This document shows positions 22,391-35,602 of a stretch of DNA of 64,000 nucleotides, piece after piece. The notes below the pieces were generated by a model. The model did no database searches. It saw nothing but the letters and a program-made list of their open reading frames with translations, and had not been told where the DNA came from. Origin of the DNA: Squalus acanthias (taxonomy: Eukaryota). The stretch is from contig JASTWF010000110.1 of assembly GCA_030390025.1 (NCBI GenBank), forward strand, positions 496,001-560,000, written 5' to 3'. The position numbers and the translations under genes were made by a program. Positions within the stretch are counted from its first letter, which is position 1, and each line of letters opens with the position of its first letter.

Positions 22391-23949
22391 GTAAAATATC
22401 ACTTAGAAAATATCAACGGGATTAGACAAAGTCAACATGGATTTATGAAACGAAAATCGTGTTGGACAAACCTACTGGAGTATTTTGAGGATGTTACTGG
22501 TAGAATAGATAAGGGCGAACCAGTTGCTGTGGTGTATTTGGATTTTCAGAAGGCCTTTGATAAAGTCCCACATAAGAGTTTAGTGTGAAAAATTAAAGCA
22601 CATGGGATTGGTTGTAATATACTGGCATGGATTGAAAATTGGTTAACAGGCAGGAAACAGAGAGTAGGAATAAATGGGTCTTTTTCGGGGTGGCAGGTGG
22701 TGACTAGTGGGGTACCGCAGGGATCAGTGCTTGGGCCCCAGCTATTCACAGTATATATCAATGATTTGGATGAGGGAACCAAATGTAATATTTCCAAGTT
22801 TGCTGACAACACGAAACTAGGTGGGATTGTGAGTTGTGAGGAGGATGCAAAGAGGCTTCAAGGCGATTTAGACAAGTTGAGTGAGTGGGCAAATACAGGG
22901 CAGATGCAGTATAACGTGGATAAATGTGAAGTTATCCACTTCGGTAAGAAAAACAGAAAGGCAGAGTATTATTTAAATGGTGATATATTGGGAAATGTTG
23001 ATGTACAAAGGGACCTGGGTGTCCTTGTACACCATTCACTGAAAGCAAACATGCAAGTGCAGCAAGCAGTTAGGAAAGGCAAATGGCATGTTGGCCTTCA
23101 TTGCAAGAGGATTTGAGTACAGGAGCAAGGATGTCTTACTACAGTTATGATGCGGAGATGCCGGTGTTGGACTGGGGTGGACAAAATTGAGAGGTCGCAC
23201 AACACCAGGTTATAGTCCAACAGTTTTATTTGAAATCACAAGCTTTCGGAGCTATCACTCACCTGAGGAAGGAGTGATAGCTCCGAAAGCTTGTGATTTC
23301 AAATAAAACTGTTGGACTATAACCTGGTGTTGTGCGACCTCTCAATTTTACTACAGTTATACATGGCCTTGGTGAGACCACACCTGGAGTACTGTGTGCA
23401 GTTTTGATCTCCTTACCTAAGAAAGGATATACTTGCCATGGAGGGAGTGCAGCGAAGGTTCACCAGACTGATTCCTGGGATGGCAGGACTGTTGTATGAG
23501 GAGAGACTAGGTCGACTAGGCCTGTATTCACTAGAGTTTAGAAGAATGAGAGGGAAGCTCATTGTAACGTGTAAAATTCTGACAGTGCTAGACAGACTGG
23601 ATGCCGGGAGGATGTTTCCCCTTTTTGGGGGGTCTAGAACGAGGGGTCACAGTCTCAGGATACGGGGTAGGACATTTAGGACTGAGATGAGGAGAAATTT
23701 CTTCACTCAGAGGGTGGTGAACCTGTGGAAATTCTCTACCACAGACGGCTGTGGAGGCCAAGTCACTAAATTTATTTAAGAAGGAGATAGATAGATTTCT
23801 ACACACAAAAGGCATCAAAGGGTATGGGGAGAGAGCGGGAATATGTTATTGAGATAGAGGATCAGCCATGATCATATTGAATGGCGGAGCAGGCTCGAAG
23901 GGCCGAAAAACCTACTGCTGCTCCTATTTTTCTATATGTCTATGTTTCT
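22391..23949 (+). mobile_element. CR1 (HER1-like) LINE, 5'-truncated, decayed RT
   Basis: QHGFMK, YLDFQKAFDKVPH, GVPQGSVLGP, KFADNTKL, LEFRRMRG motifs; (atgtttct)-like tail. Confidence 0.92.
23149..23347. mobile_element. Palindromic Penelope-terminus insertion nested in CR1: perfect 78-bp arms (23183-23260 / 23272-23349) with a hammerhead core at the centre
   Basis: TSD ttactacagttat at 23136-23148 and 23348-23360; arms match the termini of the elements at 20.9 kb and 55.5 kb. Confidence 0.85.
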
Positions 23950-24044
23950 ATAATCGGCAGGTCAGTGTCTCAACTAACACTCGGTGTGGTTAATGAGCAG
24001 TGAGTTGCACAACCTAGAACAACTGATGGTCGAGGGTCAGAGGT

Positions 24045-24440
24045 ACGGTAGCATAGTGGTTATGTGACTGGAGGTTAGGCCTAGACTGATGATCCAGAGA
24101 TGTGAGTTCAAATCCCACCACGGCAGCTGGGGAATTTAAATTCAGTTAAATATAATAATTATAAAGCTGGAATTATAAAAGGTAGTATCAGTAATGACGA
24201 CTATTAATCTGTCAGATATTTGTAAAAACTCATCTGGTTCCTTCAGGGAAGGAAACCTGCCGTCCTTACCTGGTCTGGCCTATATGAGACTCCAGACCCA
24301 CAGCAATGTGGTTGACTCTTAACTGCCCTCTGCGATTCAAGAAGGCAGCTCACCACAATCTTCTGAAAGGCAATTCGGGAAGGTCAATAAATGCTGGCCT
24401 TGCCAGCAACGACCACATCCTATGGACGAATAACAAAAAA
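24045..24440 (+). mobile_element. tRNA-derived SINE with a LINE-derived tail (gggcaataaatgctggccttgccagc...); copies also at 34270-34663, 41143-41535, 46100-46449(-), partial 17607-17770
   Basis: A box ggtagcatagtgg, B box gagttcaaatccc; 3' end matches the LINE at 39274-40085. Confidence 0.75.
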
Positions 24441-24669
24441 AGGACCCGAAAAGCCCACTTCACAGAACAGGCCGGGCAAATCACAGTGAAAGATAAAAGG
24501 GTCGGAAGGGCAACTCACAACCGCAGTGCGCAGAAGACAGGGAAGGAATTCACATCGGAGATATTCCAAGAGGCGCTATCGCCACTGTTACGCTGGGACT
24601 GGAGTTCCAGTTTGTAAATCAAGAAGGGTTTTACTCAAAAGGTTACCCTGGAGGAGAATTTTCCTGCCA

Positions 24670-24798
24670 GATTCTCCCGATCTACTGCACTAACTTCGGG
24701 GCAAGATCGGCAGAAACCCTGGAGAAACAGCACAAACCATTGCTTACGCCATTTCTCTGGGGTTTGCGTCAAAGTTATGGGAGTGGATTGGGAGAATC
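24670..24798. repeat. ~130-bp imperfect hairpin (MITE-like), present in most spacers (e.g. 2727-2856, ~7761-7890, ~17991-18120, ~34879-35008, ~41754-41883)
   Basis: Outer arms gattctcccgatctact...taactt / aagttatgggagtggattgggagaatc; inner arms aaaccctggagaaa / tttctctggggttt. Confidence 0.6.
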
Positions 24799-25397
24799 CC
24801 CATGGGAATTCCAGTCACCTGTCCTTTTCCTTAACAGATACGAACTGTTTATTCCCAGCATTCTCTGTTCCTATAATGGATGAGAATAGATAATGCAAAA
24901 TGGAGGGACAAAATACAGTAGATTCCATAGGCTGGTCATCTGGTCATTGAGGCAACCGCCCGAGATATCTGCACTCCTCTAATTCCGGTCTCTTGAGCAT
25001 CCCAGATTTTAATCTCTCCACCATTGGCGGCCGTGCCTTCAGCTGCCGAAGGCCCCAAGCTCAGGAATTCCCTCCCTAAACCTCTCCACCTCACCACCTC
25101 TCTCTCCATCTTTAAGTCGCTCCTTAAAACCTACCTCTTTGACCAAGCTTTCGGTCATCAGCCCTAATATCTCCTGATGTGGCTCGGTGTCAAATTTTGT
25201 TTTATAAAACTCCTGTGAAGCGCCTTGGTACGTTTCACTACGTTAAGGGCGCTGTATAAACACAAGTTATTGTTGTTGTTGAAACATTGTAAGGAAGTTA
25301 TTGCCGGTCCAGCAGGGATTCCGATTGATTGAATTCTCCAACCGTTGCCCACTCCTGGACATCGCGATCTCCGGGTGTAGGTGGAGTTCTCCCGCTG

Positions 25398-27346
25398 TCA
25401 TTTCGCTCGGTATCTCCGCCTCACACACAAGTACAGGCAAGCCCCGAGCACAGTGACAGCGCCAAAGATGACCACACGGAGCAGGAGAGCGGGTGGGTGG
25501 TCGGGGGGTCTCTGGTGGTCTCCGCTCGCTCTGTGCAGCTCGGGGTAGGATTCTCAGTGTCTGCAACAAGAATGTGATCATTTACAACAACCCGATTACA
25601 TTCAAAAGGAGACTGTTAATCATTCTTTATCAATTTGTTGGCAATATTCAGCTTGTTTCGAAGCGACAAGTACAGTAATAGTTAAATAATGTTCCTCTAA
25701 CAGAAAGAGCACTGAGAGTTAAATGGGTTAAATTATCAATCTGTGAATTCCTACCTGTCCCGGGATAGACTGTTAACGTCACATTGCCTTTACTGGTTGT
25801 GTCCCCAGCACTGTAAACAGATATCACATACACGCCGCTGTCACTGGGCTGCAGATCCCGCAGCAACAAGGATCCATTCTCTGGGTAGATGTGGACTCGC
25901 CCCGTGTGGGAAGTAGTGTCCCGCTGGATACTGAACAGTTATAACCGGGTGTGTCAGGGTCTGGAGAGCAGTTTGATCGGGTCAGTGTCACTAATGAAAT
26001 GTCTCCGGGGAATAAAACCCACTCTATCTTTAAAGTGGAGTAGGGAGTGAGTGTGGAGTAGGAGACGGGGAGAAGGACAGACTGGTTCACGGTCCCCTTC
26101 ACTTCTCTCTGACCGACGCTCACAGTAACACGGCTTCCAGAGGCTGCAACAAATTAAAACAATAAATCAATTTCAGAAAGGACAATAAAAAGCTTCGAAT
26201 TCCTTAGAAATTGTTTTACTCAGGAGTCTGGTTATAAAGCAGCCCAGGAGTTTGGTGGAATAAATATAAGGACCAGTCAGAGAGCATGAAATTATACAAT
26301 CAGAGATTCATACATCACAGAAGGAGGCCATTCGGCCCATTGCGCTTGTGCCGGCACTTTGAATGAGTGATCCAATCAGTCCCACTCCCCCACACTTTCC
26401 CAATAGCCCTGCAAATAATTTCCTTTCCAAGTATATATTCAATTCCCCTTTGAAGTTTACTGTTGAATCTGCTTCCACCGCCCATTCAGACAATGTGTTT
26501 CAGACCATAATAACAGTATTTGAGACGTTAGTAAATAAATAGTGAGTAATAAATCCAAAAAAATAGAATTCAGGAGAAACATTTTTACCCAGAGAGTGGT
26601 GAGAATGTGGAACTCACTGTCACAAGGAATAGTTGAGGTGAATAGTATAGATGCATTTAAGGGGAAACTAGAGGGAGAAAAAAGTAGAAGGATATGTTGT
26701 TAGGGTGAGGTGAAGTACATAGATTGTGGGGAGGCTCGCGAGGAGCATAAACACAGGCTAAGACCAGTTTGGCCAAATGGCCTATTCTGTGCTGTAAATT
26801 GTATGTAATTCTATGTCTTAATCATTAAATAAAGACTTGGTAGAAATCAATTGATCCAATCCGCCAATTTTACACATTTGATAAAACATACACGCGAGAA
26901 TATCTGACACATAAATAAGTAAATAATAATTAAAGACTTGTGAGAGGTCAGTTCGTTCATTAATAAGTCCCAGCTACAGTTAGAGGTTCAGGTAACTCAC
27001 AGTGTAAGTCCCAGCTACAGTTAGAGGTTCAGGTAACTCACAGTGTCGAACAGTCACTGGAGGGCAGATGGTGAGCGGGAATCTACCTGTTCACAGGAGC
27101 CCGACTGAATGAGACTGAAGATCTCAGGGAATGAGCTGAGCTTCATTCACTTTAGATCAGTGAGCGATTGAACCCCAGTCCCGATTAAACACAGTCAGCA
27201 GAAGTCACACAGAGTCAAAGGGAACTCAGAAATAGAATCACATTTATACTGGCAGTGAAAGAAAACAACTTACCGGAGAGGGAAATAAAATAATTGATGA
27301 GAGGGAAAATTTTGATGAATTTAAAGAGATTTATTTCCCTGCACAT
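25398..27346 (-). pseudogene. IgV receptor copy 6 (pseudogene); exons 27346-27274, 26143-25755, 25560-25398
   Basis: V exon 389 nt (-1 frameshift near 25930, just after the second Cys); exon 3 163 nt (-1 frameshift in the stalk). Confidence 0.87.
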
Positions 27347-29171
27347 AGTGAGCTCCGGGTCACCCCGATATCACAGTAACGGGACACCGAGCTGAACTGA
27401 ATGAAATGGAGGAAGAGTTTCTCATGTGAGGTAGGGTTTGGGTTTGCAGCGGAAGTGACCAGAATAAAGTGGCGAAATTATTTCAAAAACCACTCGAGTG
27501 GGTGTGTTTCAGGTATCACCGCCCCAGGCACACTGACCCATTGCTTCCTGAGCAGGGCCCGGGTCCATCCCCATCTCCATCTCTCGCCATCTCCATCTAT
27601 CTCTATCTCCAGCCCCAGCTCCATGTGCCCCGGAGAGATCCCACCACCCCAGGCACACTGACCCATTGCTTCCTGAGCAGGGCCCGGGGCGGCTGTTGTC
27701 CCATGAACCATTTCACCGCTTTCAATAAGCGCCCTCATCTCGTTCAGATAATAAAATCCAACAGACCCTTTTTTCATTTCAATAGTTTATTTTAAGATGT
27801 CATGCCCCAAGCTTGGTTATTTGGAGAGACCAAAAAGACAGAAGAGATGCTGAGGGCGGGGATTACATTGGACAGACGCAGCTTTTCATCAGGCTGATGT
27901 CCTTCTGACTTGGGTTTGTAAACAGATTTTTAAAAAATGTTTCAAATTCTTTCTATATTTAACCATGACTAATAATTGCTATTTTTATATCATTTCCATA
28001 CATCAAATCTCAATTCTGTACATTACCCTTAATTAACATCACTAAATACAATTTAGTCATTTATCTCATTGCTATTCCTGGAATCTTGCTGTGCACAGAT
28101 TGGCGGCTGCATTTCCTTACAGTAACCGGTGACTACACTTTAAAGCTGTGAAATACTTTGTGCCGTCCTGAGGTTGTGAAAGGTGTAAATCCGAGTTGCT
28201 TCTTTACACATTTATCCACATCCAGCCATTATTTCTGTCCTCACTTTGCCCGCGGTTTGTGTCTCAATGTTCCTTTGCAGCGACGGGACTAAACCTGAAT
28301 TCAATCCTCTCGGGTTTAATTTGTTCAGCACGCTCTGCATTAAATGAGAGTTCATTTCTTCTTTCTGTATTTGAAGTCCACTTGTAGACAGGGACAAGTA
28401 ACCGCTATAATCGGCAGCTCAGTGTCTCAACTAACACTCGGTGTGGTTAATGAGCAGTGAGTTGCACAAACTGGAGCAACTGATGGTCCGGAGTAAGGCC
28501 CCGAAAACCCCACTTCTCAGACAATGCTAGGCTAATCACAATGAACGGCTTGTGGACCAAAGACAGAAGGGTCGGACGGGCAACTCACAACTGTAGTGCG
28601 CAGAACACAGGGCAGGAATTCGTAGGGGAGTTATTCCAAGAGGCGCTATCGTCACAGTTACGCTGGAATCGAGCCCGCTGGAGTGCTATTTGCAATTCTG
28701 AGGAAGGGTTTTACTGAAAAAGTTAACCGGGGGAAGAATTTTCCTGGGGGTGGGGGGGGGGGGGGCCTTCATGAACTACTGCCGTAAATTCGGGACAAGT
28801 TCAGCAGAAATCCTGGAGAAACAGCACAAATCTTTGCTTACGCCATTTCTCTGGTGTTTCAGCCGGAATGATGGGAGTAATTCGGGAGAATTCCATTCAC
28901 CTGTCCTTTTCTTTTAAAGATACGGCTGACCTGCAGGTTATTCCCAACAGTTTCTGTTCATGTTCCAGAATCTGAAATAATGGACGAGAATAGATAATGC
29001 AAAATGGAGAGAAAAAATACAGCAGATTCCACAGGCATCTGTATAAATTCTCCCTAAGAACGGGCCCAGCAATGTTTGAGTTTGGTGAAAAAAGAAAGAA
29101 TTGCATTTCTATAGCGCCTTTCACGCTTTACAGCCGGTGAAGTATTTTGAAATGTAGTCACTGTTGTACTG

Positions 29172-29945
29172 TAGTTCCCAGCCACAAACTTCATTCCATA
29201 GCCACCGACTCCATCCCTCTCCTTGGCAACTGTCTCAGGCTGAACAAGACTGAATGCAACCTTGGTGTTATATTTAACCCTGGATGAACTTCCAAGCACA
29301 TATCCGTTCCATCACTAAGACCACCTATTTTCATCTCTGGAACGTCGCTCGACTCTGTCCCTCCCTCATAGTTCATCTGCTGCTGAAACCCTCATCCATG
29401 CCTTTGTTAGCTCTATACTTGACTATTGCTACGCACTCCTGAATGGCCTCCCACTTTCTATCCTCTGTAAACTTGAGTTCATCCAAAATACTGCTGCCCG
29501 TTCCTGACTCTCACCAAGTCCCCTTCACCCATCAGCCCGGTGCTCGTTGACCTACATTGGCTACTGGTTAAACAATGCCTCAATTTTGAAATTCCCATTC
29601 TTGTTTTCAAATCCATCCATGGCCTCGCACCCCCCCCCCCCCCCCCCCCTATCTCTGTAATTTCCTCCAGCCCCACAACCGCCCGAGATATCTGCGCTCT
29701 TCTAATTCTGGTCTCTTGAGCATCCCCGATTTTAATCGCTCAACCATTGGTGGCCGTGCATTCAACTGCCAAGGCCCTAAGCTCTGGAATTCCCTCTCTG
29801 AACCTCTCTACCTCGCCACCTCCCTTTCCTTCATTAAGACTCTTCTTAAAACCTACCTCTTTGAGCAAGCCTTTGTCATCTGCCCTAATATCTCCTTATG
29901 TGGCTCGGTGTCAAATTTTGTTTTATAACACTCCTGTGAAGTCCC
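29172..29945 (+). mobile_element. L2-clade LINE 3' fragment
   Basis: Degenerate SSAAETLIHAFVSS.LDY...LHWLLVKQCLNFEIPILVFKSIHGLAPP region; same element as 1675-2425, in an inverted unit. Confidence 0.8.
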
Positions 29946-30127
29946 TTTGTCGATTACAACAACGCGATTAAATTCAAAAGGAGACTGTTAATCATTCTTT
30001 ATCAATTTGCTGGCAATATTCAGCTTGTTTTGAAGCGACAAGTACAGTAATAGTTAAATAATGTTCCTCTATCAGCAGAGATCACTGAGGGTTAAATGGG
30101 TTAAATAATCAGCCTGTGAATTCCTAC

Positions 30128-31683
30128 CTGTCCCGGGATAGACTGTTAACGTCACATTGCCTTTCCTGGTTGTGTTCCCATCACTGTAAACAGATATCAC
30201 ATACACGCCGCTGTCACTGGGCTGCAGATCCCGCAGCAACAAGGATCCATTCTCTGGGTAGATGTGGACTCTCTCACTGTGGGAAGGAGCGAACCCCCGG
30301 TAATCTGAACAGTTATAACCGGGTCTGTCAGGGTCTGGAGAGCAGTTTGATCGGGTCAGTATCACTAATGGACTGTCTCCGGCGATTAAACCCCAGTCTA
30401 TCTTTAAAATCGAGTAGGGAGTGGGTGTGGAATAGGAGACAGTGAGAAGGACAGACTGGTTCACGGTCCCCTTCACTGCTCTCTGACCGACGCTCACAGT
30501 AACACGGCTTCCAGAGGCTGCAATAAAATAAAAACAATAAATCAGCTTCAGAAAGGAAAAAAAAAACACCTTAGAATTGCTTAGAAAGGGTTTTACTCAG
30601 GAGTCTGGTTACGAAGCATTCGAGGTGTTTGAAATCACAAAATACCTGCAGCATCTACAAAGAACAAAATTATAAAGAATAAACATAACGACGAGTCAGA
30701 GAGCATGAAATTATACAATCAGAGATTGATACAGCATAGAAGGAGGCCATTCGGCCCATTCTGCGTGTACTAGCTCTTTGAAAGATCGATCCAATCTCCC
30801 TCTTTCCCAATAGCCTTTCAAATCTTTCCGTTTGAAGTCTGTATTCAATTCCCCTTTGAAGCTCACTGTTGAAACTGCTTCCATTGCCATTTTAGACAAT
30901 GTGTTCCAGACCATAATAACAGCATTTGAGACGGTAGTAATTAAATAGTCTCTAATAAATACAAAAAAATAGAAATCAGGAGTAACATTTTTACCCAGAG
31001 AGTGGTGAGAAGGTGGAAGGAGCTACCACAAGGAATAGTTGAGGTGAATAGTATAGATGCATTTAAGGGGAAGCTGGATAAATACATGAGGGAGAAAGGA
31101 ATAGAAGGATATGTTGTTCGGGTGAGGTGAAGTAAATAGATTGTGGGCAGGCTCGTGAGGAGCATAAACCCCGGTTTAGACCAGTTTGGTCAAATGGCCT
31201 ATTCTGTGCTGTAAATTCTATGGTAGAGATCAATTGTACAATCCGCCAATTTTACACATTTGATAAAACATACACACGAGAATATCTGACACATTAATAA
31301 ATAATAAATAAAGACTTGTGAGAGATCAGTTCATTCATTAATAAGTCCCAGTTACAGTTAGAGGTTCAGGTAACTCACAGTGTCGGACAGTAACTGGAGG
31401 GCAGATGGTGAGCGGGAATCTACCTGTTCACAGGAGCCCGACTGAATGAGACTGAAGGTCTGAGGGAATGAGCCGAGCTTCATTCACTTTAGATCAGTGA
31501 GCGATTGAACCCCAGCCCCGATTAAACACAGTCAGCAGAAGTCACACAGAGTCAAGGGGAACTCAGAAATAGAATTACATTTATACTAGAAGTGAAAGAA
31601 AACAACTTAACGGAGAGGGAAATAAAATAACTGCTGAGAGGGAAATTGTTGGAGAATTTAAAGAGATTTATTTCCCTGCACAT
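30128..31683 (-). pseudogene. IgV receptor copy 7 (probable pseudogene): leader 31683-31611 with donor GT>TT, open V exon 30517-30128, TM exon deleted
   Basis: Leader is followed by ttaag instead of gtaag. Intron 2 joins directly to the L2 tail at ~29950, so exon 3 is absent. Confidence 0.83.
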
Positions 31684-32839
31684 AATTATCTCCGGGCCGC
31701 CCCGATATCACAGTAACGGAACACCGAGCAGAACTGAATGAAATGGAGCTGAAGTGACCAGAACAAAGTGGCGAAATTATTTCAAAATAAACTCGAAATT
31801 TAAAAAAATCAGATCATTAACATAGAAATGTAAAAATCATACATTTAAAATGATGATTTTTGCCTTTACTCAATATAGCTTCTTCAAAAACAGCTCGAGT
31901 GGGTGTGTTTGAGGTATCAGTAAAATAACTGGCAGAGTGTGCAGACCGACAGAGGCCTGGGCCCGGGTCCATCTCCATCTCCATCTCTCGCCATCTCCAT
32001 CTATCTCTATCTCCAGCCCCAGCTCCATGTGCCCCGGAGAGATCCCACCGCCCCAGGCACACTGACCCATTGCTTCCTAAGCAGGGCCCAGGCTGCTGTC
32101 CCATGAACCATTTCACCGCTTTCAATAAGCGGCCTCATCTCGTCCATATAATAAAATCAACAGACATTTTTTCATTTCAATAGTTTATTTTAAGATCTCC
32201 TGCCCCAATCATGGTTATTGGGAGAGACTAAAAAGACAGAAGAGATGCTGAGGGCGGGGATTACATTGGACAGACGCGGCTTTTCATCAGGGTTGATGTC
32301 CTTCTGACTTGGATTTGCAAACAGATTTTTTTTTTAAATGTTTCAAATTCTTTCTATATGAAAATAATTGCCCCTTTAACCATGACCAATAATTGCTATT
32401 TTTATATTATTTTCATAAATCAAATCTCAATTTTATACATTTACCCCTCAATTAACATCACTAAAAACAATTTAGTCACTTATCTCATTGCTATTCCTGG
32501 AATCTTGCTGTGCAGAGATTGGCGGCTGCATTTCCTTACAGTAACCGGTGACTACACTGTGAAGTACTTTATTGGCTGTGAAAGACTTCGTGCCATCCTG
32601 AGGTTGTGAAAGGTGTAAATCCAAGTTGTTTCATTACACATTTATCCACAGCCAGCCATTATTTCTGTCCTCCTCACTTTGCCCGCTGTTTGTGTCTCAA
32701 TGTTCCTTTGGCAGTGACGGGACTCAATCTGAATTCAATCCTCTCGGGTTTAATTTGTTCAGCACACTCTGCATTAAATGAGAGTTCATTTGTTCTTTCT
32801 GTATTTGAGATCCACTTGTAGGCCGGTACAAGTAACCGC

Positions 32840-34175
32840 TGTAAAATATCATTTAGTAAATATCAACGGGATTAGACAAAGTCAACATGGATTTATGAAA
32901 CAGAAATCGTGTTTGACAAACCTACTGGAGTTTTTTGAGAATGTAACTGGTAGAATAGATAAGGGAGAACCAGAGGATATGGTGTATTTGGATTTTCAGA
33001 AGGCCTTTAATAAAGTCCCACATAAGAGGTTAGTGTGCAAAATTAAAGCACATGGGATTGGGGTAATATACTGGCATGGATTTAAATTTGGTTAACAGGC
33101 AGGAAACAGAGAGTAGGAATAAATGGGTCTTTTCAGGGTGGCAGGCGGTGACTGGTGGGGTACCACAGGGATCAGTGCTTGAGCCCCAGCTACTCACAAT
33201 ATATATATCAATGATTTGGATGAGGGAACCAAATGTAATATTTCCAAGTTTGCTGACAACACGAAACTAGATGGGATTGTGAGTTGTGAAGAGGATGCAA
33301 AGAGGCTTCAAGGCGATTTAGACAAGTTGAGTGAATGGGCAAATACATGGCAGATGCAGTATAGCGTGGATAAATGTGAAGTTATCCACTTCGATAGGAA
33401 AAACAGAAAGGCAGAGTATTATTTAAATGGTGATTGATTGGGAAATGTTGATGTATAAAGGGACCTGGTTGTCTTTGTACACCAGTCACTGAAAGCAAAC
33501 ATGCAGGTGCAGCAAGCAGTTAGGAAGGCAAATGGTATGTTGGCCTTCATTGCAAGAGGATTTGAGTACAGGAGCAATGATGTCTTACTACAGTTATACA
33601 GGGCCTTGGTGAGACCACACCTGGAGTACTGTGAGCAGTTTTGGTCTCCTTACCTAAGAAAGGGTATACTTGCATAGAGGGGGTGCAGCAAAGGTTCACC
33701 AGACTGATTCCTGGGATGGCAAGTCTATTGTATGAGCAGAGATTGGGTCGACTAGGCCTGTATTCACTAGAGTTTAGAAGAATGAGAGGGGATCTCATTG
33801 AAACGTATGGAATTCTGACAGGGCTAGACAGACTGATGCAGGGAAGATGTTTCCTCTGGCTGTGGGGTCTAGATTGAGGGGTCACAGTCTCAGGATACGG
33901 GGTAGGATATCTGGGACTGAGATGAGGAGAAATTCTTCACTCAGAGGCTGGTGAACCTGTGGGATTCTCTACCACAGAAGGCTGTGGAGGCCAAGTCACT
34001 GACTATATTTAAGAAGGAGATTGATGGATTTCTAGACACAAAAGGCATCAAGGGGTATGGGGAGAGAGCGGGAATATGGTATTGAGACAGAGGATCAGCT
34101 ATGATCATATTGAATGGCTGAGCAGGCTCGAAGGGCCGAATGGCCTACTCCTGTTCCTATTTTTCTATGTTTCTA
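32840..34175 (+). mobile_element. CR1 (HER1-like) LINE, paralogous copy of the 22.4-kb insertion
   Basis: Same 5' truncation (aagtaaccgct|gtaaaatatc) and same 3' junction (tatgtttct|ataatcggcag); lacks the nested Penelope hairpin. Confidence 0.92.
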
Positions 34176-35602
34176 TAATCGGCAGGTCAGTGTCTCAAGC
34201 TAACACTCGGTGTGGTTAATGAGCAGTGAGTTGCACAAACTGGAGCAACTGATGGTCGGGGGTCGGAGGTACAGTAGCATAGTGGTTATGTTACTGGAGG
34301 TAGGCCTGGACTAATGATCCGGAGACGTGAGTTCAAATCCCAACACAGCAGCTGAGGAATTTAAATTCAGTTAATTAAATAATTATAAAGCTGGAATTAT
34401 AAAAGGTAGTATCAGTAATGATGACCATTAAACTGTCGGATTGTTGTAAATGCCCATCTAGTTCATTCAGGGAAGGAAATCTGCCATCCTTACCCAGTCT
34501 GGCCTATATGTGACGCCAGACTCAAAGCAATGTGATTGACTCTTAACTGCCCTCTGCGGTTCTAGGAGGCGGGTCACCCTCATCTTCTGAATGGCTATTC
34601 AGGATTGGCAATAAATGCTGGCCTTACCAGCGATGCCCACATGATATGGATGAATAACAAATAAAAGCCCCAAAAAGCCCACTTTACAGAACAGGCCGAG
34701 CAAATCACAGTAAAAGACAAAAGGTTCGGAAGAGCAACTCACAACCGCAATGCACAGAACAGAGGGCAGGAATTCACATCGGAGATATTCCAAGAGGCGC
34801 TATCACCACAATTACGCTGGGACTGGAGTTCCAGTTTGTAAATCAAGAGGTTACCCTGGGGAGAGAATTTTCTTGCCAGATTCTCCCGATCTACTGCCCT
34901 AACTTCGGGGCAAGATCGGCAGAAACCCTGGAGAAACAGCACAAAACATTGCTTACGCCATTTCTCTGGGGTTTGCATCAAAGTTATGGGAGTGGATTGG
35001 GAGAATCCCCATGGGAATTCCAGTCACCTGTCCTTTTCCTTTACAGATACGAACTGTTTATTCCCAGCATTTCTGTTCCTATAATGGATGAGAAAAGATA
35101 ATGCAAAATGGAGGGACAAAATACAGTAGATTCCATAGGCTGGTCATCTGGTCATTGAGGCAACCGCCCGAGATATCTGCTCTCCTCTAATTCCGGTCTC
35201 TTGAGCATCCCAGATTCTAATCAGTCCACCATTGGTGGCCGTGCCTTCAGCTGCCAAGGCCCCAAGCTCAGGATTTCCCTCCTTAAACCTCTCCCCATCA
35301 CCACCTCGCTCTCTCCATCTTTAAGTCGCTCCTTAAACCCTACTCTTTGACCAAGCTTTTGGTCATCAGCCCTAATATCTCCTGATGTGGCTCGGTGTCA
35401 AATTTTGTTTTATAACACTCGGCAACGCCTTGGGACGTTTAACTACGTTAAAGGCGCTATATAAACACAAGTTATTGTTGTTGTTGAAACATTGTAAGGA
35501 AGTTATTGCCGGTCCAGCAGGAATTCCGATTGATTGAATTCTCCAGCCGTTGCCCATCCCTGGATATCGCGATCTTTGGGTGTAGGTGGAGTTCCCCCGC
35601 TG

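Noticed and set aside
24045-24125. tRNA gene
   Set aside because: A/B boxes belong to a SINE head continuing into SINE body and LINE-derived tail; no complete cloverleaf.
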